The notes beneath the pieces were generated by a model. That model saw nothing but the letters and a program-made list of their open reading frames with translations, was not told where the DNA came from and did not search any database. Shown piece after piece: positions 50,787 to 62,800 of a stretch of DNA of 64,000 bases. The DNA comes from Macrostomum hystrix (taxonomy: Eukaryota; Animalia; Platyhelminthes). The position numbers and the translations under genes were made by a program. The stretch lies in NCBI GenBank assembly GCA_950097015.1, contig CATNEN010000038.1:18600001-18664000 (forward strand), written 5' to 3'. Each line of letters starts with the position of its first letter. The stretch's first letter is position 1.

Positions 50787-51573
50787 TGTGATGATGGGGC
50801 TCGAGGGCTCAATCCCCAGGGGCGCCCCACGGACCCGGGCTCGCGTACTGACCCTGGCTACGGTCGTCCCCACCGACCCGCGTACGACACAGAGTCGGTT
50901 GGGCTAGGCAGATCGAGCATACGACGCACGACGGCCTCCAGCGAGCGTACGACGCACACTGGTTGAGGTGGGGATCGGCGTACGACGCTCCACTTCCTCT
51001 AAGGTGCCTAAAGCTAGCCCGCAAAGGACAAACGCGGAGTCGAAGGCTTACCAACCAGAAGTTCGCACAGTCCCGCGGCGCAGGCAGGGCCGGATGACCG
51101 GAAGTCAAACCCGTATATTGTTAGTCAGTCGAGTAGTGGGACTCAGACAGGGCAGCGTTCCCGTAGAGGGGGGCCAGGCAGTCGTGATTTTAGGTGTCGC
51201 ACGTAGTTGTCTTGAGGGGGGCCGGCGGTGGCAGAGGCCGGGGTCCAGCGCTCCACAATAAATAGCACCGCGGCGGGGGGGAGCCCGGGGCTAAAGCCCC
51301 ACCCCCGAGGGGCCAGGGCAGACCCAAGACCCCCAAAAAACACGGCCCGCCAATCAGCGCAGCGCACGGCATAAATAACTAGGGGGGAGGGAGGGTACAT
51401 CAACCGGTGTAAGCCGGCCGAGTGAACAACAACAGGGGGAGAGGCGCAGGGTCGAAACGGCCCAGCCAATCAGCGCGGCGCAGGCCGAGATAAAGAATAA
51501 ACAACCAAGTGCGGGGGGTGCAGCGCACTCACACAAGGTGCACTGGGCACTTTCATTCAGCCCAGTCACCACA
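50787..51573. mobile_element. GC-rich solo LTR (787 bp), Gypsy-like 4-bp TSD
   Basis: Termini TGTGATGA...TCACCACA; GCAT duplicated at 50783-50786 and 51574-51577; two internal CCAATCAGCGC boxes and AATAAA; sharp GC shift against the flanks. Confidence 0.8.
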
Positions 51574-51894
51574 GCATCTTTCAATATTGAAACTATAGTT
51601 TTGCTTCTGTGCTGTTTATCTGTTCGGATAAGATTACTAAGCGTTAGAAACTACGTTCCGACTATTTTAATTTCCTAATTACAATGCGTCATTGTGTTGC
51701 TATTGTGATTGTGGTTGATTTATTCCCTTCAGCAATTCGTCTTGCTTTAAGCTTTGTTAAGTCATAAGACTTGTGTGTAGTAAGAAAAAATTGATGAAAC
51801 AATAGAAAGAAACTATAATTATCTGAGGTAGCCAGGTGTCAAGGATATACTGATGAAGAGAAATACGAAGATGTAAATAGGGATAGGTTCAGGG

Positions 51895-52517
51895 ATCAGA
51901 GGAGGCAGACAGGTGTCAGTGGAGGCAGTCAGGTGTCAGTGGAGGCAGCTAGGTGTCAGAGAAGGCAGTCAGGTGTCAGGGGAGGCAGTCAGGTGTCAGG
52001 GGAGGCAGTCAGGTGTCAGAGGAGGCAGTCAGGTGTCAGGGGAGGCAGTCAGGTGTCAGGAGAGGCAGCTAGGTGTCAGAGGAGGCGGTCAGGTGTCAGG
52101 GGAGGCAGTCAGGTGTCAGAGGAGGCAGTCAGGTGTCAGGGGAGGCAGTCAGGTGTCAGAGGAGGCAGTCAGGTGTCAGGGGAGGCAGTCAGGTGTCAGG
52201 GGAGGCAGTCAGGTGTCAGGGGAGGCAGTCAGGTGTCAGGGGAGGCAGTCAGGTGTCAGGAGAGGCAGCTAGGTGTCAGAGGAGGCGGTCAGGTGTCAGG
52301 GGAGGCAGTCAGGTGTCAGGGGAGGCAGTCAGGTGTCAGAGGAGGCAGTCAGGTGTCAGGGGAGGCAGTCAGGTGTCAGGGGAGGCAGTCAGGTGTCAGA
52401 GGAGGCAGTCAGGTGTCAGAGGAGGCAGTCAGGTGTCAGGGGAGGCAGTCAGGTGTCAGAGGAGGCAGTCAGGTGTCAGGGGAGGCAGTCAGGTGTCAGG
52501 GGAGGCAGTCAGGTGTC
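51895..52517. repeat. 20-bp minisatellite (GGAGGCAGTCAGGTGTCAGG) upstream of the death-domain gene
   Basis: About 31 tandem units. Confidence 0.95.
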
Positions 52518-52664
52518 TAGGCTATACTGATAAAAGAAGGAATCGAACCTGTTAAGCGAGTTCTTTTTTATTTTCAAATACGGGAGCAAAGCTATAACAG
52601 ATTCACTTTTCCGCAAAATCAATAACGCCATTCTTGCAGCCGCAGAACAATAAATAAACAAGTC

Positions 52665-55600
52665 ATGCCGTCCCAGTCTTCGTCGCCCAGTCGCAAGAAG
52701 AAGAGCGTCACCTTCAGCTCCAAGCCTGAGCGACAAAAGTCAGGCGGCTCTCGAACTGGCTCAGCCAGGAGCTCAGCCAGGAGGTCTGCGGCAGCGGCTG
52801 CTGCGGCTGGCAGCTGCGAACCAGTTTGCGCTGGCTGCGAGGAGCTTCGCGCAGCTGCGGCCACTTCGGCTGCCAGAGAGGCTGCGCTTATCGAATCGAA
52901 CTCTCGACTGCAGCAGGTTCGTATTCGGTCGGGTTTTGAGTGTTAAGAGGAAGAGAGGGTGTTAATAGGGACAGGGTGTTAATAGGGACAGGGTGTTAAG
53001 AGGGACAGGGTGTTACGAGGGACAGGGTGTTACGAGAGACAGAGGGTGTTGAGTGGGACAGGGTGTTGAGTGGGACAGAGGGTGTTAAGTGGGACAGAGG
53101 GTGTTAAGAGGGGCAGAGGGTGTTAAGAGGGACAGAGGGTGTTCTCAATTTTCTATATTAAAATTTAGGAGGCCACCCGGCTAGCAGCCGAGGTAAACCG
53201 TCTGCTGGACTGGCAGCGGCAAATTCGCGACAAGATCCTGCTCAACTGCCCGGAGTCCGCGTTGGCCGGCGTGTCACTCTCGGCCAGCCATCCCGACCGG
53301 CCTTTGGACTGCCTCATCTGGGCGGCGCAGCATCCGCCGTCAGCTGAATCTCGCCTAGTTGACCTGGAGACTCGGGTGACACAGCTGGGCGCCGATTTTA
53401 GCCGCTGCGCCGGCCGTTGCCTCCTTTACGAGGGCGCCATGGAACAGCTGCTCAGGAACCGGTTTGGACCGGATCGGGTGCACGAGATTGTGTCCGACAC
53501 ATTTCTGGCGTCTGGTGGGTGGTGGCTTATTTATGGTCACAGTAAGGCTACCTACCTATCTGACTGCCTCCCCTGACACCTGGTTGATTGTCCTGACACC
53601 TGACTGCCTTCCCTGACACCTGGTTGATTGTCCTGACATCTGACTGCCTCCCCTTACAGCCTCCACTGACACCTGACTGACACACCTGACACCTGGCTGC
53701 CTCTGCATGACACCTGACTGCCTCCCCTGACACCTGACTGCCTCCCCTGACAGCCTCCACTGACACCTGACTGACACACCTGACACCGTACTGACACACC
53801 TGACACCTGACTGACACACCTGACACCTGGCTGACACACCTGACACCTGGCTGCCTCTCCATGACACCTGACTGCCTCCCCTGACAGCCTCCACTGACAC
53901 CTGGCTGCCTCCTCTGACACCCGACTGCCACACCTGACACCTGATTTATCCTTTGTTCTACTAACGCCCTGTAGGAAAACCAGTTCGCGACGCCTACGAT
54001 CGCGACATCGCCAAGAGTCCGCTGCCGCTGACCAGCATGTCGGAGAATGCTGAGCAAGCTGTCTTAGAGAATCAGGACCCGTCAGCCCTGCTTGACGGTA
54101 ATACTCGCTTATCGATGACCTTTTGAGGCGATAAAAATTCTATAATAAATCAACTTGTTCTACAATTCTTTTGCAGAATTTGAACGTAAAATATCGTTGA
54201 GCGCTTTGGCAGCCTTTCCAGATCGAAGCAATGTTCTCATGCTTAAACCGGTGAGAACACCGTTTTGATATCGATCACACCATCGTGTCCTCAATCTCAC
54301 CATCGTGTCCTCAATCACACCATCGTGTCCTCAATCACACCATTGTGTCCTCAATCACACCATTGTGTCCTCAATCACACCATCGTGTCCTCAATCACTT
54401 TATCGTGTCCTCAATCACACCATTGTGTCCTCAATCACACCATCGTGTCCTCAATCACACCATTGTGTCCTCAATCACACCATTGTGTCCTCAATCACAC
54501 CATCGTGTCCTCAATCACACCATCGTGTCCTCAATCACTTTATCGTGTCCTCAATCACACCATTGTGTCCTCAATCACACCATTGTGTCCTCAATCTCAC
54601 CATTGTGTCCTCAATCACACCATCGTGTCCTCAATCACACCATCGTGTCCTCAATCACTTTATCGTGTCCTCAATCACACCATTGTGTCCTCAATCACAC
54701 CATTGTGTCCTCAATCACACCATTGTGTCCTCAATCTCACCATTGTGTCCTCAATCACACCATTGTGTCCTCAATCACACCATCGTGTCCTCAATCACAC
54801 CATTGTGTCCTCAATCACACCATCGTGTCCTCAATCACACCATTGTGTCCTCAATCACACCATTGTGTCCTCAATCACACCATCGTGTCCTCAATCACAC
54901 CATCGTGTCCTCAATCACTTTATCGTGTCCTCAATCACACCATTGTGTCCTCAATCACACCATTGTGTCCTCAATCACTTCATCGTGTCCTCAATCACAC
55001 CATTGTGTCCTCAATCACACCATTGTGTCCTCAATCACTCCATCGTGTCCTCAATCACACCATCGTGTCCTCAATCACACCATTGTGTCCTCAATCACAC
55101 CATTGTGTCCTCAATCACACCATTGTGTCCTCAATCACACCATTGTGTCCTCAATCACTTTATCGTGTCCTCAATCACACCATTGTGTCCTCAATCACAC
55201 CATTGTGTCCTCAATCACACCATTGTGTCCTCAATCACACCATTGTGTCCTCAATCACTTTATCGTGTCCTCAATCGCACCATTGTGTCCTCAATCACAC
55301 CATTGTGTCCTCAATCACTTTATCGTGTCCTCAATCACACCATTGTGTCCTCAATCACACCATTGTGTCCTCAATCACTTCATCGTGTCCTCAATCACAC
55401 CATTGTGTCCTCAATCACACCATTGTGTCCTCAATCACACCATTGTGTCCTCAATCACTTCATCGTGTCCTCATTCACACCATTGTGTCCTCAATCACAC
55501 CATTGTGTCCCCAATCACTTTATCGTGTCCTCAATCACACCATTGTGTCCTCAATCACTTTATCGTGTCCTCAATCACACCATTGTGTCCTCAATCACAC

Positions 55601-58230
55601 CATTGTGTCCTCAATCACACCATTGTGTCCCCAATCACTTTATCGTGTCCTCAATCACACCATTGTGTCCTCAATCACTTTATCGTGTCCTCAATCACAC
55701 CATTGTGTCCTCAATCACTTTATCGTGTCCTCAATCACACCATTGTGTCCTCAATCACACCATTGTGTCCTCAATCACTCCATCGTGTCCTCAATCACTT
55801 TATCGTGTCCTCAATCACACCATTGTGTCCTCAATCACACCATTGTGTCCTCAATCACTTTATCGTGTCCTCAATCACACCATTGTGTCCTCAATCACAC
55901 CATTGTGTCCTCAATCACTTCATCGTGTCCTCAATCACACCATTGTGTCCTCAATCACACCATTGTGTCCTCAATCACACCATTGTGTCCTCAATCACTT
56001 CATCGTGTCCTCAATCACACCATTGTGTCCTCAATCACACCATTGTGTCCCCAATCACTTTATCGTGTCCTCAATCACACCATTGTGTCCTCAATCACTT
56101 TATCGTGTCCTCAATCACACCATTGTGTCCTCAATCACACCATTGTGTCCTCAATCACACCATTGTGTCCCCAATCACTTTATCGTGTCCTCAATCACAC
56201 CATTGTGTCCTCAATCACTTTATCGTGTCCTCAATCACACCATTGTGTCCTCAATCACTTTATCGTGTCCTCAATCACACCATTGTGTCCTCAATCACAC
56301 CATTGTGTCCTCAATCACTCCATCGTGTCCTCAATCACTTTATCGTGTCCTCAATCACACCATTGTGTCCTCAATCACACCATTGTGTCCTCAATCACTT
56401 CATCGTGTCCTCAATCACACCATTGTGTCCTCAATCACACCATTGTGTCCTCAATCACTTCATCGTGTCCTCAATCACACCATTGTGTCCTCAATCACAC
56501 CATTGTGTCCCCAATCACTTTATCGTGTCCTCAATCACACCATTGTGTCCTCAATCACTTTATCGTGTCCTCAATCACACCATTGTGTCCTCAATCACAC
56601 CATTGTGTCCTCAATCACACCATTGTGTCCCCAATCACTTTATCGTGTCCTCAATCACACCATTGTGTCCTCAATCACTTTATCGTGTCCTCAATCACAC
56701 CATTGTGTCCTCAATCACTTTATCGTGTCCTCAATCACACCATTGTGTCCTCAATCACACCATTGTGTCCTCAATCACTCCATCGTGTCCTCAATCACTT
56801 TATCGTGTCCTCAATCACACCATTGTGTCCTCAATCACACCATTGTGTCCTCAATCACTTTATCGTGTCCTCAATCACACCATTGTGTCCTCAATCACAC
56901 CATTGTGTCCTCAATCACTTCATCGTGTCCTCAATCACACCATTGTGTCCTCAATCACACCATTGTGTCCTCAATCACACCATTGTGTCCTCAATCACAC
57001 CATTGTGTCCTCAATCACTTTATCGTGTCCTCAATCACACCATTGTGTCCTCAATCACACCATTGTGTCCTCAATCACACCATTGTGTCCTCAATCACAC
57101 CATTGTGTCCTCAATCACACCATTGTGTCCTCAATCACACCATTGTGTCCTCAATCACACCATTGTGTCCCCAATCACTTTATCGTGTCCTCAATCACAC
57201 CATTGTGTCCTCAATCACTTTATCGTGTCCTCAATCACACCATTGTGTCCTCAATCACTTTATCGTGTCCTCAATCACACCATTGTGTCCTCAATCACAC
57301 CATTGTGTCCTCAATCACTCCATCGTGTCCTCAATCACTTTATCGTGTCCTCAATCACACCATTGTGTCCTCAATCACACCATTGTGTCCTCAATCACTT
57401 CATCGTGTCCTCAATCACAATATTGTGTCCTCAATCACTTCATCGTGTCCTCAATCACTTCATCGTGTCCTCAATCACACCATTGTGTCCTCAATCACTT
57501 CATCGTGTCCTCAATCACACCATTGTGTCCTCAAACACTTCATCGTGTCCTCAATCACACCATTGTGTCCTCAATCACTTCATCGTGTCCTCAATCTCAC
57601 CATTGTGTCCTCAATCACTTCATCGTGTCCTCAATCACAATATTGTGTCCTCAATCACAATATTGTGTCCTCAATCACTTCATCGTGTCCTCAATCACAC
57701 CATTGTGTCCTCAATCACACCATTGTGTCCTCAATCACACCATTGTGTCCTCAATCACACCATTGTGTCCTCAATCACTTCATCGTGTCCTCAATCACTT
57801 CATCGTGTCCTCAATCACAATATTGTGTCCTCAATCACAATATTGTGTCCTCAATCACAACCTCCCATTGGGACACTAATTCCGTTTCTCCCTCATTCTC
57901 AATCCCCAATCGATCCTGCAGCCGTCACAGCGTCTGCCCGGCTGCACGCCAATCAGCCAGATGAATCGCGACCTGCGCCAATGGATCTGCGCCGATCTAA
58001 ACCTGGAGCGTCGAGCCGGCAACGATTGGCGAATGCTTGCTGATCGGTTGGGCTTCGCCGACTACGTCGCCGCCTGGTCTCGTCTGTCCTCTCCAATGGC
58101 TAAATTGTTTGCCGAATGGGATAAAAGCGAGTGCGCCACTGTGCGACTGTTGCATCGCCATCTGGCTAGCCCGGAGCTGCGGGCTCCCCTGCTGGCTAAA
58201 CGGCTGCAAGAGTTCTACAGGGTCGATTGA
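52665..58230 (+). CDS. Putative coiled-coil protein with C-terminal death domain, 5 exons, ~367 aa
   Basis: Exons 52665-52916, 53169-53514, 53975-54097, 54177-54250 and 57922-58230 with GT-AG boundaries and consistent phases (1104 nt). The last exon has a death-domain pattern (ICADLNLE..AGNDWRMLADRLGF...SSPMAKLFAEW..ATVRLL). Confidence 0.75.
52950..53143. repeat. 18-20-bp repeat (AGGGACAGAGGGTGTTA) in death-domain gene intron 1
   Basis: About 10 units. Confidence 0.85.
53558..53944. repeat. 20-bp minisatellite (CCTGACACCTGACTGCCTCC) in death-domain gene intron 2
   Basis: Exact reverse complement of the 51895-52517 unit. Confidence 0.92.
54274..57860. repeat. 3.6-kb, 20-bp satellite (CATTGTGTCCTCAATCACAC) in death-domain gene intron 4
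   Basis: About 180 units in perfect 20-bp register with a few fixed variants. Confidence 0.97.
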
Positions 58231-58309
58231 TTCGGTGGCTGCCCATTGTGCTATCAGATACTATATTTTCTCTAAACCTTTTAATGGGGGGACAAAATAG
58301 GAATTTGAC

Positions 58310-58447
58310 TCTCAGTCCCAGTCCGTGGACTGGGAAGACCGCCTGACCCACCCATTTACCGGCATCTAAGTAATTAAATGTCTTGCGCAAGGGACACAAA
58401 TCGTCTCTATTCGGTTTGAGATTCGAACTCCGGACCTCTCAATCAGA
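58310..58447 (-). mobile_element. Degenerate CORE-like tRNA SINE (family B)
   Basis: Minus strand: B box AGTTCGAATCT, GTGTCCCTTGCGCAAGACATTTAA, GTAAATGGG; shares CAGTCC(A/G)TGGACTGGG with the 40200 copy. Confidence 0.6.
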
Positions 58448-58922
58448 ATTGTTTTTTCGATGGAAAATTTGATGACCTAACTCAAAGTTTGACATTGAAG
58501 GGTGAAATTGAAGCAAAAATTGTATGGCTTTTATTGACTGCTTCGATAAACATTTGTTTTTTTTCTATCCTACTTTTAAGACTTTCGATTTCTTTAATCG
58601 ACAACTTTAATATTATTTTTTATTGCGTCTCCGTCCAGGTGTCTTCAATGCTGTGATATTCTTAAATTAAAAAATATACAAAATGATATATTTTCTTCTT
58701 TCCATAGAAAAATCTACAAAAACAAAATTTGACCCACTTTGTGTAATTTCGCGTTTCTTTCTTTTTTTTGGTTTTGGCGTTTGCACTACTGACAATGAAA
58801 TGAGCTGTTGGAGCACAAATCGTTTGTGTTTATTCATCAGCTTAGGCCTATAAACTTGAACCAACTTTTAAGATGAGAAGCCCTATTGTTTATAATCATC
58901 TCTTGGCGGTCTTCCATACAGC

Positions 58923-58995
58923 GGCCGCGTGGCGCAATGGATAACGCGTCTGACTACGGATCAGAAGATTCCAGGTTCGAGTCCTGGCGTGGTCG
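58923..58995 (+). tRNA. tRNA-Arg (anticodon ACG)
   Basis: GGCCGCGTGGCGCAATGGATAACGCGTCTGACTACGGATCAGAAGATTCCAGGTTCGAGTCCTGGCGTGGTCG: 73 nt, full cloverleaf, followed by T-runs (Pol III terminator). Confidence 0.97.
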
Positions 58996-59843
58996 TAGAA
59001 TAATTTTGCCATTTTTTTGTTGCAGTGTTGCAACGGCAAAAGAAAAAATTTTGCCTGACTAATAACTGTATTAGATGGTGAGATAATGCTTCTTTGGGAG
59101 AAAAAATTAAACAAAACTAGAAGTATTAAAAGTAAAAAATGCCGCCTTGTTTCTTTTCAATACATATCGGCTACCTCAAAGTGTTGAACCACGACTGCCA
59201 CTACTAAGTGTGCGCTACTACTCTATAGCATAAATTATTACATCAGTTTTTGAATCCGAAATGTTTTTACGAACCACTAAATGAAAGTTTCTCCAGACAC
59301 AACCATTTAAAACTAGATTGTCAACGTGTTCCTGTTTCCTACTTACAGTAGTCTGCTACTAACGTGTTTACGATTTTGTCCACAAAAAGGAAAACTGATT
59401 TGCTAGGTCATTCTTATCTATGCAATATAATACGCTCGTAATTGCCTGAATTATTAGCATGAGGATGCAACCAGTTCTCACGAAAGCTACACGCACTGGG
59501 CGAGCAGAATGTATATACAGTCTTGAGTCACCAAGCAGTTTGTTAATAATTATACTCGCTGGATTCAAATTCGTTGTGGCTAATTTGCATATTTGTTTGC
59601 GCAATCTATGACACGAGCCAATGTTTGTCTATTGCATTGCAATGGATTGTCGTTGAAAAAGGCTAACAGAGAACGCCACTTGAATTTCGCTGCGGTGTGA
59701 ATGTCTTAATTTGCCTTCGTGACAGGAGTCCATTGCTGAGATTATGCAGATTGACTGTGCACGGAACACAGTCGCTCTTTATATTTAACCGGCGAAAAAA
59801 ATTAATTAAGTCCTCGTAATCAGTCCTTTTGCTAAGCAAATCC

Positions 59844-62800
59844 ATGGAAGTGAAAGTTCAACTGGAAGTGAAGTCGCAGTCAGATGCAGAGTTCGCTCCG
59901 GCCCTCACTCGGGCCTTCAAGGAGCGCCTGCGGCCGTGTTTGAATGCCTTGGACGGCCTGAGGTCGCACGGTCTGCAGCGGGAGATCAGCCTGCCAGCGA
60001 TTGCCGTGGTTGGCGACCAGTCCGTTGGGAAATCCTCCGTGCTGGAGTCCATCTCTGGCGTGGAATTTCCCCGCGGCCTTGGCATCGTCACGCGATGCCC
60101 GCTGATGCTGTGCATGCGCGGTAGGGAGGACGCGGGTTGGACAGCGCGGATCAGGTGAGGTTCGATTTGGCCTTTCATTTCATCAACCATTCTTCGAGTA
60201 GATTGAGGATTTGGGTGGATAGAGGACTACTCTTAGGGTAGATAGAGGGCCATTCTTTGGGTAGATGGAGGACCACTCTTAGGGTAAATAGAGGACCACT
60301 CTTAGGTTAGATAGAGGACCATTCTTAGGGTAGATAGAGGGCCATTCTTTGGGTAGATAGAGGGCCATTCTTTGGGTAGATAGAGGGACATTCTTTGGGT
60401 AGATAGAGGACCATTCTTAGGGTAGATACATGACCATTCCTTGGGTGGATAGAGGGTGGATAGAGGACTACTCTTAGGGTAGATAGAACGCCATTCTTTG
60501 GGTAGATAGAGGATCATTCTTAGGGTAGATTGAGGACCATTCTTAGGGTAGATAGAGGACCACTCTTTGGGTAGATAGAGGGCCATTCTTTGGGTAGATA
60601 GAGGACCACTCTTAGGGTAGATAGAGTACCATTCTTAGGGTAGATTGAGGACCATTCTTAGGGTAGATAGAGGACCACTCTTAGGGTAGATAGAGGGCCA
60701 TTCTTTGGGTAGATAGAGGACCACTCTTAGGGTAGATAGAGGGCCATTCTTTGGGTAGATAGAGGACCACTCTTAGGGTAGATACATGACCATTCCTTGG
60801 GTGGATAGAGGGTGGATAGAGGACTACTCTTAGGGTAGATAGAACGCCATTCTTTGGGTAGATAGAGGACCACTCTTTGGGTAGATAGAGGGCCATTCTT
60901 TGGGTAGATAGAGGACCACTCTTAGGGTAGATAGAGTACCATTCTTAGGGTAGATTGAGGACCATTCTTAGGGTAGATAGAGGACCACTCTTAGGGTAGA
61001 TAGAGGGCCATTCTTTGGGTAGATAGAGGACCACTCTTAGGGTAGATAGAGGACCACTCTTAGGGTAGATAGAGTACCACTCTTAGGGTAGATGGAGTAC
61101 CATTCTTAGGGTAGATTAAGGACCATTCTTTGGGTAGATAGAGGACCATTCTTTGGGTAGATAGAGGACCATTCTTTGGGTAGATAGAGGACCACTCTTA
61201 GGGTAGATAGAGAGCCATTCTTTGGGTAGATAGAGGATTCTATTGGGGTTGATAAAGGATCATTTTTAGTATATAGATAGAGGATCATTCTTAGGGTTAG
61301 ATAGAGGATCATTCTTAGGGTAAATAGAGGACCACTCTTAGGGTAGATAGAGGCTATTCTTGGAGTAGATTCTGAGATGGTTGAAATCGAATATCTACGA
61401 GATATTCAGTGCCCCAATATTTCAATATCATGCTTCAACAATTAAATTCCCGCAGGTACGAGACAAAGTCGGGCCAGGCGCGGGACAAGCCGCTGTCCAC
61501 TCCGGCCGAAATCGGCCAGGCGATTCGCGACGCCCAGGAGGAGATGACCAGCAGTGCCGGGGAGATCTCTGACAAGCTCATCGAGCTGCACATCGAGGGC
61601 CGCGACACGCCCGACCTGACGCTTATCGATCTGCCCGGAATCGCCAGGTATAAATTGTCAGAAATAATAAATCAACAATTAGGAAGGTCTGAAAGTCTTG
61701 GTGTAAGGGGGTCAGTGGCAGAGCGGATAAAGAGTTTGCCTCTCGCACCAAGGTCCCTAAGCTCGATTCCGCGGCGAGGCCACATTTATTTGGGGCGCAG
61801 CCGCGGAAAGAAGGCTTGGGGGCTTGTCGTTCAATTTGCCCTCGACGGCCAACCCCCAAAGCACAGTGAGAGTGTACACTGCCAGACGATGAAAAAGTCA
61901 GGGCAGATGTACACACCTATGTGAGTGAGTTGAGTGTGTACCTGTGTACAGTATCTGTGTGCGTGTGTGCTCAGGAGTCAGCGAAATGGGCAGAATTGCC
62001 TCCTCACTGGCTGCGGGGTCTAGTGTCACTAAATGATGTGCCATTGTCCGCACCCCTCCTGCAATTATTTATATTGTTTGTATTATAATTATTTGAGATA
62101 GAATAGAATGCTGCGCATTATTCTATTCCACTCCGTCAGGTTTTCCATCGCGAACGCGGGTGACATCGCCACAGTCAGCAAGTCGCTCATCATGTCGCAC
62201 ATTCTCAAGCCGGAGGTGCTCATCCTGGTTGTGATTCCGTGCAATGTGGACGTCGAGACGGTGGAGGCGGTGTCACTTGCCCGCGAAGTAGATCCAGAAT
62301 GCAAGCGCACACTCGGCGTGCTGACGTGCCCGGACCTGGTGAACCCGGGCTCGGAGACCGAGGTGCTAGCCATGATGAGAAACGAGCGACTCAAACTGTC
62401 CAAGGGCTTCGTGACGGTGCGCTGCAGAACTCCGCAGCAGCTGAAGGAGAACATGAGCCTGCAGGAAGCGTGCAAGGCTGAGGAGGAATTCTTCAAGCAG
62501 CATCCGCACTTTCGTAATCTGGGCGAGTTCCAGCGAGGCTCCAAGACGCTGGCCAACAAGCTGAGCGTTGAGCTGTACCAGGCGGTGAAGGACCGCATCC
62601 CGGAGATGCTAAAGGAGATTCAGGTGACCCTGAAATTCGCACTAGCCATTGATTGAACGCTGACGTACCCAGAAGACAAGGAGGTGCTTTTTTCGATTCA
62701 CGCAGGTGAAACGTGACGAGTACATGGTCCTGCTGGAAGCGCTAGGCGCCGGTCCGCCCGAGTCCGAAGCCGAAATGAGGCACCTCCTGGCGTTCATGAT

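Noticed and set aside
50670-51584. Several GC-rich ORFs
   Set aside because: They lie within the solo LTR, show no recognisable protein motifs, and are expected from the high GC content.
54274-57860. CRISPR-like look (constant part plus variable slot)
   Set aside because: The variable slot is only ~5 nt with a few recurring states; no unique spacers, no cas genes, eukaryotic context.
54265-58043. Three ~1200-aa ORFs (SSITPLCPQSHHCVLNHTIV repeats)
   Set aside because: Artefact of a stop-free 20-bp unit read in all three frames. The array lies in a GT-AG intron, and retention of that intron hits TGA at the sixth codon after exon 4.
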